A DNA stretch of 63,356 nucleotides from Myxococcota bacterium (GTDB lineage Bacteria; Myxococcota_A; UBA796; GCA-2862545): NCBI GenBank assembly GCA_039208735.1, contig JBCCQY010000044.1, forward strand, positions 1 through 63,356, written 5' to 3'. The position numbers and the translations under genes were made by a program. Of the stretch, positions 17,734 to 26,849 are shown piece by piece. The notes beneath the pieces were generated by a model that saw only the letters and a list, made by a program, of their open reading frames with translations, made no database searches and had not been told where the DNA came from. Every line of letters begins with the position of its first letter. Position 1 is the first letter of the stretch.

Positions 17734-19314
17734 TCACTGACCGCAGTTTGCCGCAATGGCGTAGGAAATGCTCACGGTGTCGCCTCCCGAGATCGGTGGG
17801 TCGAGCACGGTCACCGTCCGCGCCTCGTCGCTATAGGCAAACGACGTCGTGGGCGTACCGTTGACGGTCACTTGGATCGAGGCCTCTACTGCACGATTCG
17901 CAAGGTTGTAGCTCCGCACACCCTCAAGGACATCCTCGGCAAGATCGGGAAGGTCGTCGCCCCAGGTCGATTCGCAGATGTCGAGGGACGCCCCATTCGT
18001 GGCCTGTGACGCCTCGAGATAGCCCCCAGGACCCCACGTCGAGGGGTTGTCACTGCACTGCGTATAGATGTCGACGATGGCTGAAACCCGCAGCAGATCT
18101 GGGTCGGCGACGAACTGCTCGAAGTTGGCCACGTGGGTCTGCCACGAGGTACCGGACTGCTCTTGCTCGTCGCTGGCCACGATGATGTGCAGCAGGGATC
18201 CTGGACGAACGAAACCCGCGTTGCAGTCGTTTGGCCCGGTCTGGTCGAGGGCCATCTGGGCAAGTTCAAAGAGCGACTCCGAAAGGGTCTCGGGAATGTA
18301 GCCATTGGGGGAGAACGCCGTGTTTCGGAAGCTGGACTCGGCTCCCGGCGTCGCCCCGTCGAAAATGCCCCCATTCGCACAAGCGGTGGGTCCATTGACC
18401 TGGATGAGCTGCCAGTCGGACAGCTCCCGCAACTTGCCGAAGAACTCCGAGATTCCTGCGGACAACGTGGCCTCGTTGTCGCTCTCCATCGAGCAAGACT
18501 GGTCGATGAGGAAGAGCAGGTCGACAGGCGGCACCCCGGACTCGGTGAAGGTCTCGGTCGTCGAGCCAACGTAAACGCCCGTGCCCTGCTGCTGAGCCGT
18601 CTCCTCGCCAACCGGGTCGTTCGAGGTGACGATGAGCGTCCCCTGGTCGCCGGCGTTTGAGCTTGGACGCCAATCCACCCGGATGAAGCGGTTTTCGCCG
18701 GGTTCCAACGTGATGGGGAGGTCCTCACGAACGTCTTCGACGTTGTTGATGAAGAGATCGCCGTCGCCCGAGGTGTAGCGCAGGTTCGTAATGACGATGT
18801 CGTCGCTGCCCACGTTCTCGAGCTTCACGTTCAGCTCGTCTCCGCAGGGAACAAACGCCTCTCCGAACTCAAAGTTGCGCGGGGTGATTTCGAGGTCCGG
18901 CACCGTACCTAGGCCCAGCAGGTCCACCGGCGCCCGGGCCTCGTCGGGGTCATCCGAGACGACCTCGATCCGGCCGAGGTTCTCGTCTTGCTGGGTTGGG
19001 GTGAAGGTGACTTCGAACGTGCGGCTCTGGTCGATGCCCAGGGAAAACACCTGGGGCCCGGCCACGCTGAAAGAGGCTTCGCCAACCACCACTTCCACCG
19101 CGGTCACATCGAGTTCCGCTTCCCCTTCATTCCGTACGGTGAAGGGAAGGGTCGCCGTTTCGCCCTCCGTCAGATTCGGAAACTCCAGGGCCGCCGGCTC
19201 GATGACGATGTCGGGTTGGGGTCCGCGAACCCCGTCGGGGTCGCCGACGAGGCTCACCTCGCCGGTACAACCAAGAATCAGGGTGCTAGAAAGGAAAATC
19301 CCCAAGATCCGCAA
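17734..19314 (-). CDS. Lipoprotein with two Ig-like (choice-of-anchor D/ASH-type) domains and a vWA domain
   Basis: TTG start with GGAGG RBS; lipobox ILG-C; repeated V.N.G...L.(I/V) and I.S(D/N)DP; MIDAS DQSCS; SDEQEQS. Confidence 0.8.
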   Translation of the reverse strand: MRILGIFLSSTLILGCTGEVSLVGDPDGVRGPQPDIVIEPAALEFPNLTEGETATLPFTVRNEGEAELDVTAVEVVVGEASFSVAGPQVFSLGIDQSRTFEVTFTPTQQDENLGRIEVVSDDPDEARAPVDLLGLGTVPDLEITPRNFEFGEAFVPCGDELNVKLENVGSDDIVITNLRYTSGDGDLFINNVEDVREDLPITLEPGENRFIRVDWRPSSNAGDQGTLIVTSNDPVGEETAQQQGTGVYVGSTTETFTESGVPPVDLLFLIDQSCSMESDNEATLSAGISEFFGKLRELSDWQLIQVNGPTACANGGIFDGATPGAESSFRNTAFSPNGYIPETLSESLFELAQMALDQTGPNDCNAGFVRPGSLLHIIVASDEQEQSGTSWQTHVANFEQFVADPDLLRVSAIVDIYTQCSDNPSTWGPGGYLEASQATNGASLDICESTWGDDLPDLAEDVLEGVRSYNLANRAVEASIQVTVNGTPTTSFAYSDEARTVTVLDPPISGGDTVSISYAIAANCGQ

Positions 19315-19445
19315 ATCGACCTCCCGACAACCCATCCCGGGGCAAGACCGAAAAGCGGACCGGCGTGGGATGCTATTCGAAAGCATAGCAAAACCCGGCC
19401 ACGGGCCAAGCCCATTGCTTGGCCGATGCGTCACGAGGCCCACCG

Positions 19446-20294
19446 TTACGTGGTCGCCGTTGTTCTGGGCTGACAACCGGGACACCAATACGTCGTGCGT
19501 CCGTTGAGGTCGTCGCTCACAATGGTCGACGTGCATCTTGCACAGGCCTGGCCGGTTCGCTTGTAGACCGAAAAGGGATTCTTGGCTCCCGACGTCACAT
19601 ACAGCGTCTCAGCATCCGGATCGACGAAGTCCAAGGTGTACTTCATTTGATCGAGGATGCCGGTGGCGAGCCGGTCCCATTGCTCAGCCGTCAGATCGTC
19701 GGCGGGAGTAGCGGGATGAATCCGGGCTCGAAAACACGCTTCTGCTGCGTGAATATTGCCGATCCCCGCAACTCGATTCTGCTCCATCATCACGACCTTG
19801 ATGGGCTTTCGCGAGCGCAACGCCACCGCCAACTGTGGTCCGGTCAGTGGATGATCGAGTGCATCCGGACCATGGCGATGTCGCATCACCCCATCGAGTT
19901 CCTCCGCTTTCATCGCGACGACACACCCCATGCGGCGGCGATCCATGAGCCACACCGTGACGTCATCGAATCGAAACCCCAATCGGGCGGACTTCTGGGT
20001 CATGGGCCCTGAGGGTCGCTTGACCCAATGTCCGGTCATCCCCAAATGAATCAGAATGGCATGGGGGCCGAACGTCCAGCCGAGGCGCTTGCCATGCCGA
20101 ACCACCGGACCCGACGGTTGCCCCGCGAACTGGGCGACAATGGCCTCTCCGCCTGGCAAGGCATCAGATGGCCGTGACGACATCTTGCTCCGGATGACCG
20201 CGGGATCGGGGACGAGAACATCGTCGACGGTTCGCCCTCCCGACCACCGTGTCAACTGATCCCGACAGACCTCGGCCTCGGGCAATTCGGGCAT
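19446..20294 (-). CDS. mutM: Fpg/Nei-family DNA glycosylase (formamidopyrimidine-DNA glycosylase)
   Basis: N-terminal MPELPE, RHGK, HLGMTG, IK..MMEQ..VAGIGNI, zinc finger CARC..GRTTYWCPGCQ. Confidence 0.92.
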   Translation of the reverse strand: MPELPEAEVCRDQLTRWSGGRTVDDVLVPDPAVIRSKMSSRPSDALPGGEAIVAQFAGQPSGPVVRHGKRLGWTFGPHAILIHLGMTGHWVKRPSGPMTQKSARLGFRFDDVTVWLMDRRRMGCVVAMKAEELDGVMRHRHGPDALDHPLTGPQLAVALRSRKPIKVVMMEQNRVAGIGNIHAAEACFRARIHPATPADDLTAEQWDRLATGILDQMKYTLDFVDPDAETLYVTSGAKNPFSVYKRTGQACARCTSTIVSDDLNGRTTYWCPGCQPRTTATT

Positions 20295-20314
20295 TCGCTC
20301 TCCTGGTGCGCTCC

Positions 20315-20941
20315 TTACTCGAGCGCGGCGACGATTCGTTTCGTCACCTCATCGGGCGGTGCCACGCCGTCAACCCGACGCAGCAAACCCCGCTGCTCGT
20401 AGAAGGGGATGAGCGGCGAGGTTTGACTGTGGTAAATGCCAAGTCGCTCGGCACTCTTTTCCGGGGTGTCGTCCGGGCGCTGGATCACACGACCCGCAAT
20501 TTCGGGCGGCGGAGGATTGCTGTCGATGTGGTAGATCCGCTTGGTTTCCGGATCCATGCGACGCCCCACAACCCGACGTTCGATGACGCTGTCGGGTACT
20601 TCGAGAAGGAGTACGGCCTGGAGCGGACGCCCCTGCTCCGCCAACATGGCCTCGAGGGCCTCGGCCTGGGGCACGGTGCGGGGAAAGCCGTCAAGCATGA
20701 AGCCCTCAGCCGCATCCGACTGAGACAGTCGTTCCCGGACGAGCCCCACCGTGACGTCGTCACCGACAAGTTCGCCGGCCGCCAAAATCGCCTTGACCCT
20801 AAGTCCCAATGGCGTTTCGGCCTTGATGGCTGCTCGAAACATATCTCCCGTCGAGATGTGCGGGATCTGGAACCGCTCCACGAGCCGGGCCGCTTGGGTG
20901 CCCTTTCCGGCTCCAGGGGGTCCAATGAAGATCATGCGCAT
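20315..20941 (-). CDS. adk: Adenylate kinase
   Basis: GPPGAGKGTQ, HISTGDMFR, GFMLDGFPRT, QRPDD; AGGAGG RBS. Confidence 0.97.
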   Translation of the reverse strand: MRMIFIGPPGAGKGTQAARLVERFQIPHISTGDMFRAAIKAETPLGLRVKAILAAGELVGDDVTVGLVRERLSQSDAAEGFMLDGFPRTVPQAEALEAMLAEQGRPLQAVLLLEVPDSVIERRVVGRRMDPETKRIYHIDSNPPPPEIAGRVIQRPDDTPEKSAERLGIYHSQTSPLIPFYEQRGLLRRVDGVAPPDEVTKRIVAALE

Positions 20942-21205
20942 GAATGTGGCCTCCTGTGAGGGCGTGCAGCGCGCGCGTCCTGACGCTCTATCCCACGATT
21001 CCTGGCTGCTTCGCAATTTCCCATCAAGGGGGAGGGGCTCCGCGCCGATAGAGCGCTCACCCCGATGGCAGAGCCCGGAGCCCACGATGCCCTCCCTAAA
21101 GCCACCCCCTGGTCGTCGCCTGACGCCGATCCTCGCCGAGGATATGGACGACTCCTGGTCGGTCCCCACTCCGCGGGATCCCGGCCGTGTGCGAATCGTG
21201 ATTGA

Positions 21206-21811
21206 CCGAGAGAATCCCTCACGGACCACTCCTCCGCCACCGCTGGCCCGTCGGCCGCGCTCCCGCCGTCGGGGCTAGCCCCCGTCCCGGAAGGCGACCC
21301 CCGGACGTGTGCGACCTGCGCGTGGTCCGGCTCCCTGGATCGACCGACGGCCCCACGGCTGCGATGTCGCTTCATCGCCGATGAAGGCTTCGATGGCCCC
21401 TCCGTCCGGGCGAACACGAGAGCTTGCCTTCATCACGAGCCGCTCCCCGATTGCCACCGTTGTGGCGCATGTTGTCGCGAAGCCTTCGATAGCGTGCCGT
21501 TCGACGATGCAGACGTCGCGTTGGGGCGCCCTCCCGAGGCCTTCGCCCAGGTTCACGAAGACGGCTGGCGCGATCTCCGACGCGTGCCCTCTGCGACATG
21601 GCCCGGTCGAAGCCGTTGTGCCGCCCTTGACGGCGATGGCCAGGCTCAACCCTTCTGGTGCGTCATCTACGCGGACCGGCCCGCAGCCTGCCGCGATCTT
21701 GAGGCGGGCAGCGTCAATTGCTTGTTTGCCCGTCGTCGCGTGGGCTACTCGATGCTGCCGTCCGTTCCGTCCTCGGACGAGGTTGATTCCGAGGGGTCTT
21801 CCACCACGTAG
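21206..21811 (+). CDS. YkgJ-family cysteine-cluster protein; start unresolved, possibly frameshifted from the ORF at 21087
   Basis: Frame open from 21206: CATCAW..DCHRCGACCREAFDSV..RCAAL..CVIYADRPAACR.LEAGS.NCL.ARRRVG; no ATG/GTG/TTG before the CxxCxxCC motif. Confidence 0.7.
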   Translation, partial: PRESLTDHSSATAGPSAALPPSGLAPVPEGDPRTCATCAWSGSLDRPTAPRLRCRFIADEGFDGPSVRANTRACLHHEPLPDCHRCGACCREAFDSVPFDDADVALGRPPEAFAQVHEDGWRDLRRVPSATWPGRSRCAALDGDGQAQPFWCVIYADRPAACRDLEAGSVNCLFARRRVGYSMLPSVPSSDEVDSEGSSTT

Positions 21812-23361
21812 CCAAGGGCCGTCAGGTGCTCGCGAAGCTCGTCTTGGGAGGCTCGGACAACCATCGGTTGGTCTTCTGGACCACGAAGCGATGGATCATA
21901 CGCCGGAACCGTCGCCTGGTAAGCCTTGAGATCCGCCAACAGCGCGTCTTGTAGACTCGCATCATCGACCGGGTCTTCCTCTTTAGGGTCCTCCGCAAGG
22001 TCGTAGACCTCGATCGTGCCGTCAGACAGCGCCATCACCTTGTCCGTGCCCCGAACGAGGGCATGACCCGACCGAATCCAAGGTTCCACTTCCACCGAAG
22101 AATGCACCTTCTTCACCGTCTCGATCTCGCGGCGCAGCGGCTTGGCAAGCCAGCTCACCGCAGGTGAGGGCGCGGTCCACCAATCCCCAAGGCCATCCGG
22201 AACGTCGACGTGGGCAAGCCGAGCCAACGTGCCAAACAGGTCGCGCGTGCTGACCGGAGCCGGACGTCGAGCCGGTCCCAGTTGGGGGTGCCACACGATG
22301 AGTGGCACATGGGTGAGCGTCTGCCAAAGCGCAAATCGATGATTGAAGAGATGATGTTCGCCCAGGTTCTCCCCGTGATCGCTGGTCAGGACGATCACCG
22401 TGCTCTGGAGCAGCCCCCGTTCCTCAAGGCCGGCAAACACCGCCTGGGTGGCGTCATCAAGGTCGCGAAGGGTCGCGTCATAGACCGCGTTGATCGCCTC
22501 AAGGTCGCGCTTCGAATAGCGCTGCTTGCGAAAGTTGTAGAAATGAAGCCGAATGTGGGATGCGTCGGTCCGCAGGGCCCGGCGCTCGATGCGGTCGTCG
22601 TTGATGACGCTCTTCCGCGCTTCCGCCGAGGGAAGCCGCGGCGTATGGGCCTCCATCAGATTCAGGTACGCGAGGAAGGGGGCGTCGGGGTCTTTGCGAT
22701 GATCGACCCACGACAAAAACTTCTCTCCGACGAGGGGTGCCGCGTCCTTGAAGCGCGCCCGCGCCCATTCGGCATTGGTTGCCCCGTGCGAGGGGGCCTC
22801 CCAGTCCGGCGCTAACTCCTGGCTTCGGTCTCCCTCGATCAGCTTGGCCTGCGTCAGCGCCCGGGCCTGCCCTCGATGACGGGGATCGTAGGTCTGCCAC
22901 TGCACGCGAAAGCCTTGCAGCAGGTTTGTCTGGTCGCACAACAGCGGATTGGCGGCCATGGCGAAGGTTCCAAAGCCCTGGTCTGCGAAGTGCTCGGCAA
23001 GCGTCGTGTGATGCCCATCGAGCCAAATCCAACGTTCATCGGCGCCCGTGCTTTCGGGAGGCAACCCCGTGAACATCGACGCATGCGCTGGAAGCGTCCA
23101 GATGCCCGGACTGTGGGCTTGCTCGAACACCACCGCGTCCCGCGACGCCTCGGCGAGCCAGGGGGTCGTGGGACGCTCCGCGCCATAGGGCGACAGGCGG
23201 TCCGCGCGCACGGTGTCCCAGACGATCACCAACACGTTCAAGCGCGGGTCCTCGACGGGAACCGTTGCCTCGAGTCGGGGGGCCCGCACCGCAGACCACG
23301 CCGCGAGCACGGTGGCGCAGGTGAGGGTCGCGGAGACGGAGACCACGGTCATCCTCGACAT
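21745..23361 (-). CDS. Sulfatase-like alkaline-phosphatase-superfamily enzyme (Thr-type motif)
   Basis: IVWDTVRAD, WTLPAHASMFTG, NLMEAHTP, TSDHGE, HVPLI; N-terminal signal/anchor. Confidence 0.88.
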   Translation of the reverse strand: MSRMTVVSVSATLTCATVLAAWSAVRAPRLEATVPVEDPRLNVLVIVWDTVRADRLSPYGAERPTTPWLAEASRDAVVFEQAHSPGIWTLPAHASMFTGLPPESTGADERWIWLDGHHTTLAEHFADQGFGTFAMAANPLLCDQTNLLQGFRVQWQTYDPRHRGQARALTQAKLIEGDRSQELAPDWEAPSHGATNAEWARARFKDAAPLVGEKFLSWVDHRKDPDAPFLAYLNLMEAHTPRLPSAEARKSVINDDRIERRALRTDASHIRLHFYNFRKQRYSKRDLEAINAVYDATLRDLDDATQAVFAGLEERGLLQSTVIVLTSDHGENLGEHHLFNHRFALWQTLTHVPLIVWHPQLGPARRPAPVSTRDLFGTLARLAHVDVPDGLGDWWTAPSPAVSWLAKPLRREIETVKKVHSSVEVEPWIRSGHALVRGTDKVMALSDGTIEVYDLAEDPKEEDPVDDASLQDALLADLKAYQATVPAYDPSLRGPEDQPMVVRASQDELREHLTALGYVVEDPSESTSSEDGTDGSIE

Positions 23362-24863
23362 TAGGGGACCTCCTCCAGGGGTTCCGTGTAGCCGAGCTGA
23401 CGCAGCTGCTCGACCAACGCAGGATCGGCCGCAAGCGGTCGCCCAGGTCGATCCTCGGCAGTTCGCAACGAAGGGTCGTACTTTGGACGCCCCCGATCGA
23501 ACGCTCGGAGCCGTGCGAGCATCGCCTGACTCCGTTGCACGTCGCGAACCGGACGGGCCTCGGGCCGGCCAGGTCCGCGAAGGCGGTAAAGTCTCGTCGC
23601 TCCGTCGTCACGCTGCACGAGCTTGGCGTCATCCTCGATCCAGACGCGGTACTTCGCAGCCCATCGCCCAGAGGGGAGGTCTGGAAACGCCTCTCGGATC
23701 GCCGGCAGCCGTGGCGTGGGGCGAACGAGTTCGCTGAACACGGGCGCTTCGAACAGTTCGGGGGGGTTGGATGTGGGTGCGGGCACACCCGCCCATCGCA
23801 ACAGCGATCCCATGAGGCCCCGCGTACTGACGGGCCGTGGATCGCGACGCGGTGCCAGACGCGCGGGCCAACGGACGATCAACGGAACGTGCAGGAGTTC
23901 CTGATCGACGCTCCAGCGATGGTCGTACCGGCCTGCTTCTCCCAGGTGTTCGCCGTGATCACTGACCACCACAACGATCGTGGAGTCGAGCCGGCGACGA
24001 TCCGCGAGTCCCGCCACGATTTGTTCGGTCACTGCGTCGAGATCCCGTAGCGTTGCATCGTAGGTTGCCCGCAGTGCTTCGTGATCAGGCCCATCGAGAT
24101 GCGCCCGCCCTTCCATCGCCGCCATGAGCCGGAACAACGATTGGTCGGTCGCCAACGCGCGCTCGACGACCGGGGGGTCGGCCACGGCGGCCCGCGAAGG
24201 TGCAGACGGAATGCGGGGATGGTGAGCCTCGAGCAGGTTCACGTAGGCAAAGAAAGGTTGGTCTGTGGTGAGCTCATCCACAAATCCAAGCAGGCCGTCT
24301 GCCGCGACGGGGCCAGCATCCTTGACCAAGGTGAAGGTCTGGGGCCAACCGCTTTCGCGGCCCTTCCAACCCGGGGCGATCGACGTGCTTTGGTCAGCCT
24401 CGAGCAACTTCGCACGGGTCACCGCCTCGGCTCGCTCCCGGTCCGGCGGTTGCCACGTGACGTGCTGAGTTTCGAAGCCCTGAAGCAAATTGGTCGCGCT
24501 CGACAGGTAGGGATTGGCCGACCATGCGTACGTGGCGTAGCCGTGGTCGCGCAGGTGTTCGGCCAACGTGATGTGATGACCATCAAGCCACAACCAGCCT
24601 ACGCGAGCCCCATGACTCGAGGCCGGTAGTCCGGTGAACAACGAGCCATGGCTTGGAACGGTCCACATACCGGGTGAGATGGCGTGTTCGAAGACGAGGG
24701 AGTCCGCCGCCATGGCTTCGAGGTGCGGCGTTGTCGGCACCTCGGCCCCGTAGACGGATAGGCGGTCCGCGCGCACGGTGTCCCACAACACAATGAGGAT
24801 CGACGGGGGAGGTGCTGCATCCGGACACTGGCACGCAGTCGCACCAAGGGCCGCGATGACCAT
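23361..24863 (-). CDS. Sulfatase-like enzyme, paralog of the downstream gene, probable lipoprotein
   Basis: ATG 24863 with AGGAG RBS; LWDTVRAD, WTVPSHGSLFTG, NLLEAHHP, SDHGE; TAATG overlap with the next gene. Confidence 0.85.
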   Translation of the reverse strand: MVIAALGATACQCPDAAPPPSILIVLWDTVRADRLSVYGAEVPTTPHLEAMAADSLVFEHAISPGMWTVPSHGSLFTGLPASSHGARVGWLWLDGHHITLAEHLRDHGYATYAWSANPYLSSATNLLQGFETQHVTWQPPDRERAEAVTRAKLLEADQSTSIAPGWKGRESGWPQTFTLVKDAGPVAADGLLGFVDELTTDQPFFAYVNLLEAHHPRIPSAPSRAAVADPPVVERALATDQSLFRLMAAMEGRAHLDGPDHEALRATYDATLRDLDAVTEQIVAGLADRRRLDSTIVVVVSDHGEHLGEAGRYDHRWSVDQELLHVPLIVRWPARLAPRRDPRPVSTRGLMGSLLRWAGVPAPTSNPPELFEAPVFSELVRPTPRLPAIREAFPDLPSGRWAAKYRVWIEDDAKLVQRDDGATRLYRLRGPGRPEARPVRDVQRSQAMLARLRAFDRGRPKYDPSLRTAEDRPGRPLAADPALVEQLRQLGYTEPLEEVP

Positions 24864-24949
24864 GGCTCCTAAGCTCCCTGCGTGCGCCCCAACCTTCAAC
24901 CCCGCTCCCTGGCCCGTTGCGTCATATCTGAGCCAGGGAGACCTGACCC

Positions 24950-26737
24950 ATGCCCTCACCCCTCGCGTCCGACGATGCCCCCGTTCGGGTCGGGCTTCCC
25001 CTCGTCCTCGCGGTCCTGCTGCCTGTATTGGTTCTGGCCATCGCGTGGTGGGGACTCGACCAGATCGCTCGCCAAGACGTCGAAGAAAGCATCGTACGTC
25101 GACATAGCAAGTCCCGAAACCGCATCGACCGGCTGCTCGAACGGCACCACCCTCGGGTGGTGATTCTCGGCAATTCGCTTTCCAACACCGACTTGTCCGC
25201 CGCAGTGTTGGAACAGGTTTTCGACTTGGCCACCGGCCAAGTTCAGAAGTTGTCGATGCCAGGCAGCATTGGGGCACACTGGACGGCCATCCTCGAAAAT
25301 CGAATCATCGAAGGGGGTCATCGACCCGATCTGGTCATCGTGCTGTCGGACTGGCCCTCGCTGCTCTCCGTCGAGCCTCAAACCGAGTCCGGCTACCTCA
25401 CCCTCGTCCAACAGCTGGATGATGAAGAGCCTGCGTTCGAACGGCTCATCGGGGAGCGGTGGACCGCCCTCGACCGCATCCGCCAAGACCGTGGCCAGCT
25501 GCGCGAGCGCATCGTGAGCGCAGTTCGACAAGCCAGTGTGTTAGGCCTCACGGGGCAGCGGCGAGGCATTGACGATGCGTTGTCCCGGGTGTTCGCCCCC
25601 GACGCCCTGGACCCGAGGCTTCATCAAACCGCGCTGCCCGTCGCCGACCCCTTCGTCGACCGGGCCATTCCCGTTTTCGACCCTTCGACCATTCCGCATC
25701 CGGCCGAATCCTTCGTGCCCCGGCTGACCGAGGTAGCCCAGGACTCGGGCATTGCGCTCGTCTTGGTCCGGCCGCCAATGTCGCCCCGCCTGCCGTCGGG
25801 CCTCGGCGATGTCGTCGAGCCGACCACCGAAGCCTCGCTGCACGCCTTGGTCCGAGCGCGCGGTGCCCACGACCTGGACCTGCGCGGCCTTCCGATGACG
25901 GTGGGGCACTTCCTGAACCTGGACCACATCAATCCCGACGGACGCATTCGGTTTACGCGCGTGGTGGCTGACCTCATCCAACGGGTGGGGGCTTGGGAAG
26001 CGTCGCCGACCGTGTTGGACTGGCTTGAGCCCGGGCGCCTCGTCGAAGGACGCTACCGGCCCACCACCCTCGCCGCTCGCTACGCGACCCCCCCTCCGCC
26101 CATCAAAGCGCCCGATCGAGACCTCACCGAACACGGACCCGGGTGGGGTCGCTATGCGCTGCCGGGCTGGCGCTTTCTCTCCGATGAGGCGACCCAGGAC
26201 GTCACTCCCTGGGCCTCGAGGTGTTCTCCCATCCTGGTCATGGAAGATGGACGCCCCCTCCCCCGACCGCACGAAACCTGCGGTGCGACCCTTCGATTTG
26301 GGAGGGGTCGGACGTGCCACGACGACGACGGCATCACCTTTGCCCCCTCCGAGCCTTCGAACCCCGCCGTCAACGGCCGCACCTACACCCTCGCCCTGGA
26401 CCCCTCGCGGCGATGCGAGCGCGCCCAATGGCTCTACCCAGGCGACACCTTGACCCTCCGGGGCACCCCAAGACAGCGCGCCACCGTGCTGACCCTGCGC
26501 ATCCACGAGCAGTCCACTGCCGCCGACGCCGTCAAACCCTCGGTGCTGGACGTGACCCTGCGCCAGGGCGCTCGGGCGTTGGTCGAAACCCGGTTCGAAG
26601 CTGAAGCGCCCCCAATGGCGACCCGGTCGTTTCCGCTGCGCGAGCCGGTGCTTCCAAGTGCAGGTCCTGTAGAACTGACGATCACATCGCGATCCCGGCG
26701 CTTTGCGATGGTTACCGAGGCGAAACTTCGCCCCTAG
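24950..26737 (+). CDS. Membrane-anchored SGNH-like (AlgX/AlgJ/DltD-like) protein with a C-terminal beta domain
   Basis: N-terminal TM; ILGNS block I motif; FLNLDHIN His motif. Confidence 0.6.
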   Translation: MPSPLASDDAPVRVGLPLVLAVLLPVLVLAIAWWGLDQIARQDVEESIVRRHSKSRNRIDRLLERHHPRVVILGNSLSNTDLSAAVLEQVFDLATGQVQKLSMPGSIGAHWTAILENRIIEGGHRPDLVIVLSDWPSLLSVEPQTESGYLTLVQQLDDEEPAFERLIGERWTALDRIRQDRGQLRERIVSAVRQASVLGLTGQRRGIDDALSRVFAPDALDPRLHQTALPVADPFVDRAIPVFDPSTIPHPAESFVPRLTEVAQDSGIALVLVRPPMSPRLPSGLGDVVEPTTEASLHALVRARGAHDLDLRGLPMTVGHFLNLDHINPDGRIRFTRVVADLIQRVGAWEASPTVLDWLEPGRLVEGRYRPTTLAARYATPPPPIKAPDRDLTEHGPGWGRYALPGWRFLSDEATQDVTPWASRCSPILVMEDGRPLPRPHETCGATLRFGRGRTCHDDDGITFAPSEPSNPAVNGRTYTLALDPSRRCERAQWLYPGDTLTLRGTPRQRATVLTLRIHEQSTAADAVKPSVLDVTLRQGARALVETRFEAEAPPMATRSFPLREPVLPSAGPVELTITSRSRRFAMVTEAKLRP

Positions 26738-26849
26738 ACCACCTCCTCCCGATCGCCTACGCGTTTCCTTTGCCCAACGCCCGGATCCTCGACGCGGAAC
26801 GTCAATGGACTGCCGCCCCGATAGGACGGTTGCCTGCGAGGAGGATCCC

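Noticed and set aside
21065..21205. Selenocysteine readthrough of TGA 21203 joining ATG 21065 to the YkgJ frame
   Set aside because: The upstream frame has poor codon bias, the TGA is not in a redox-motif context, and no SECIS was recognised
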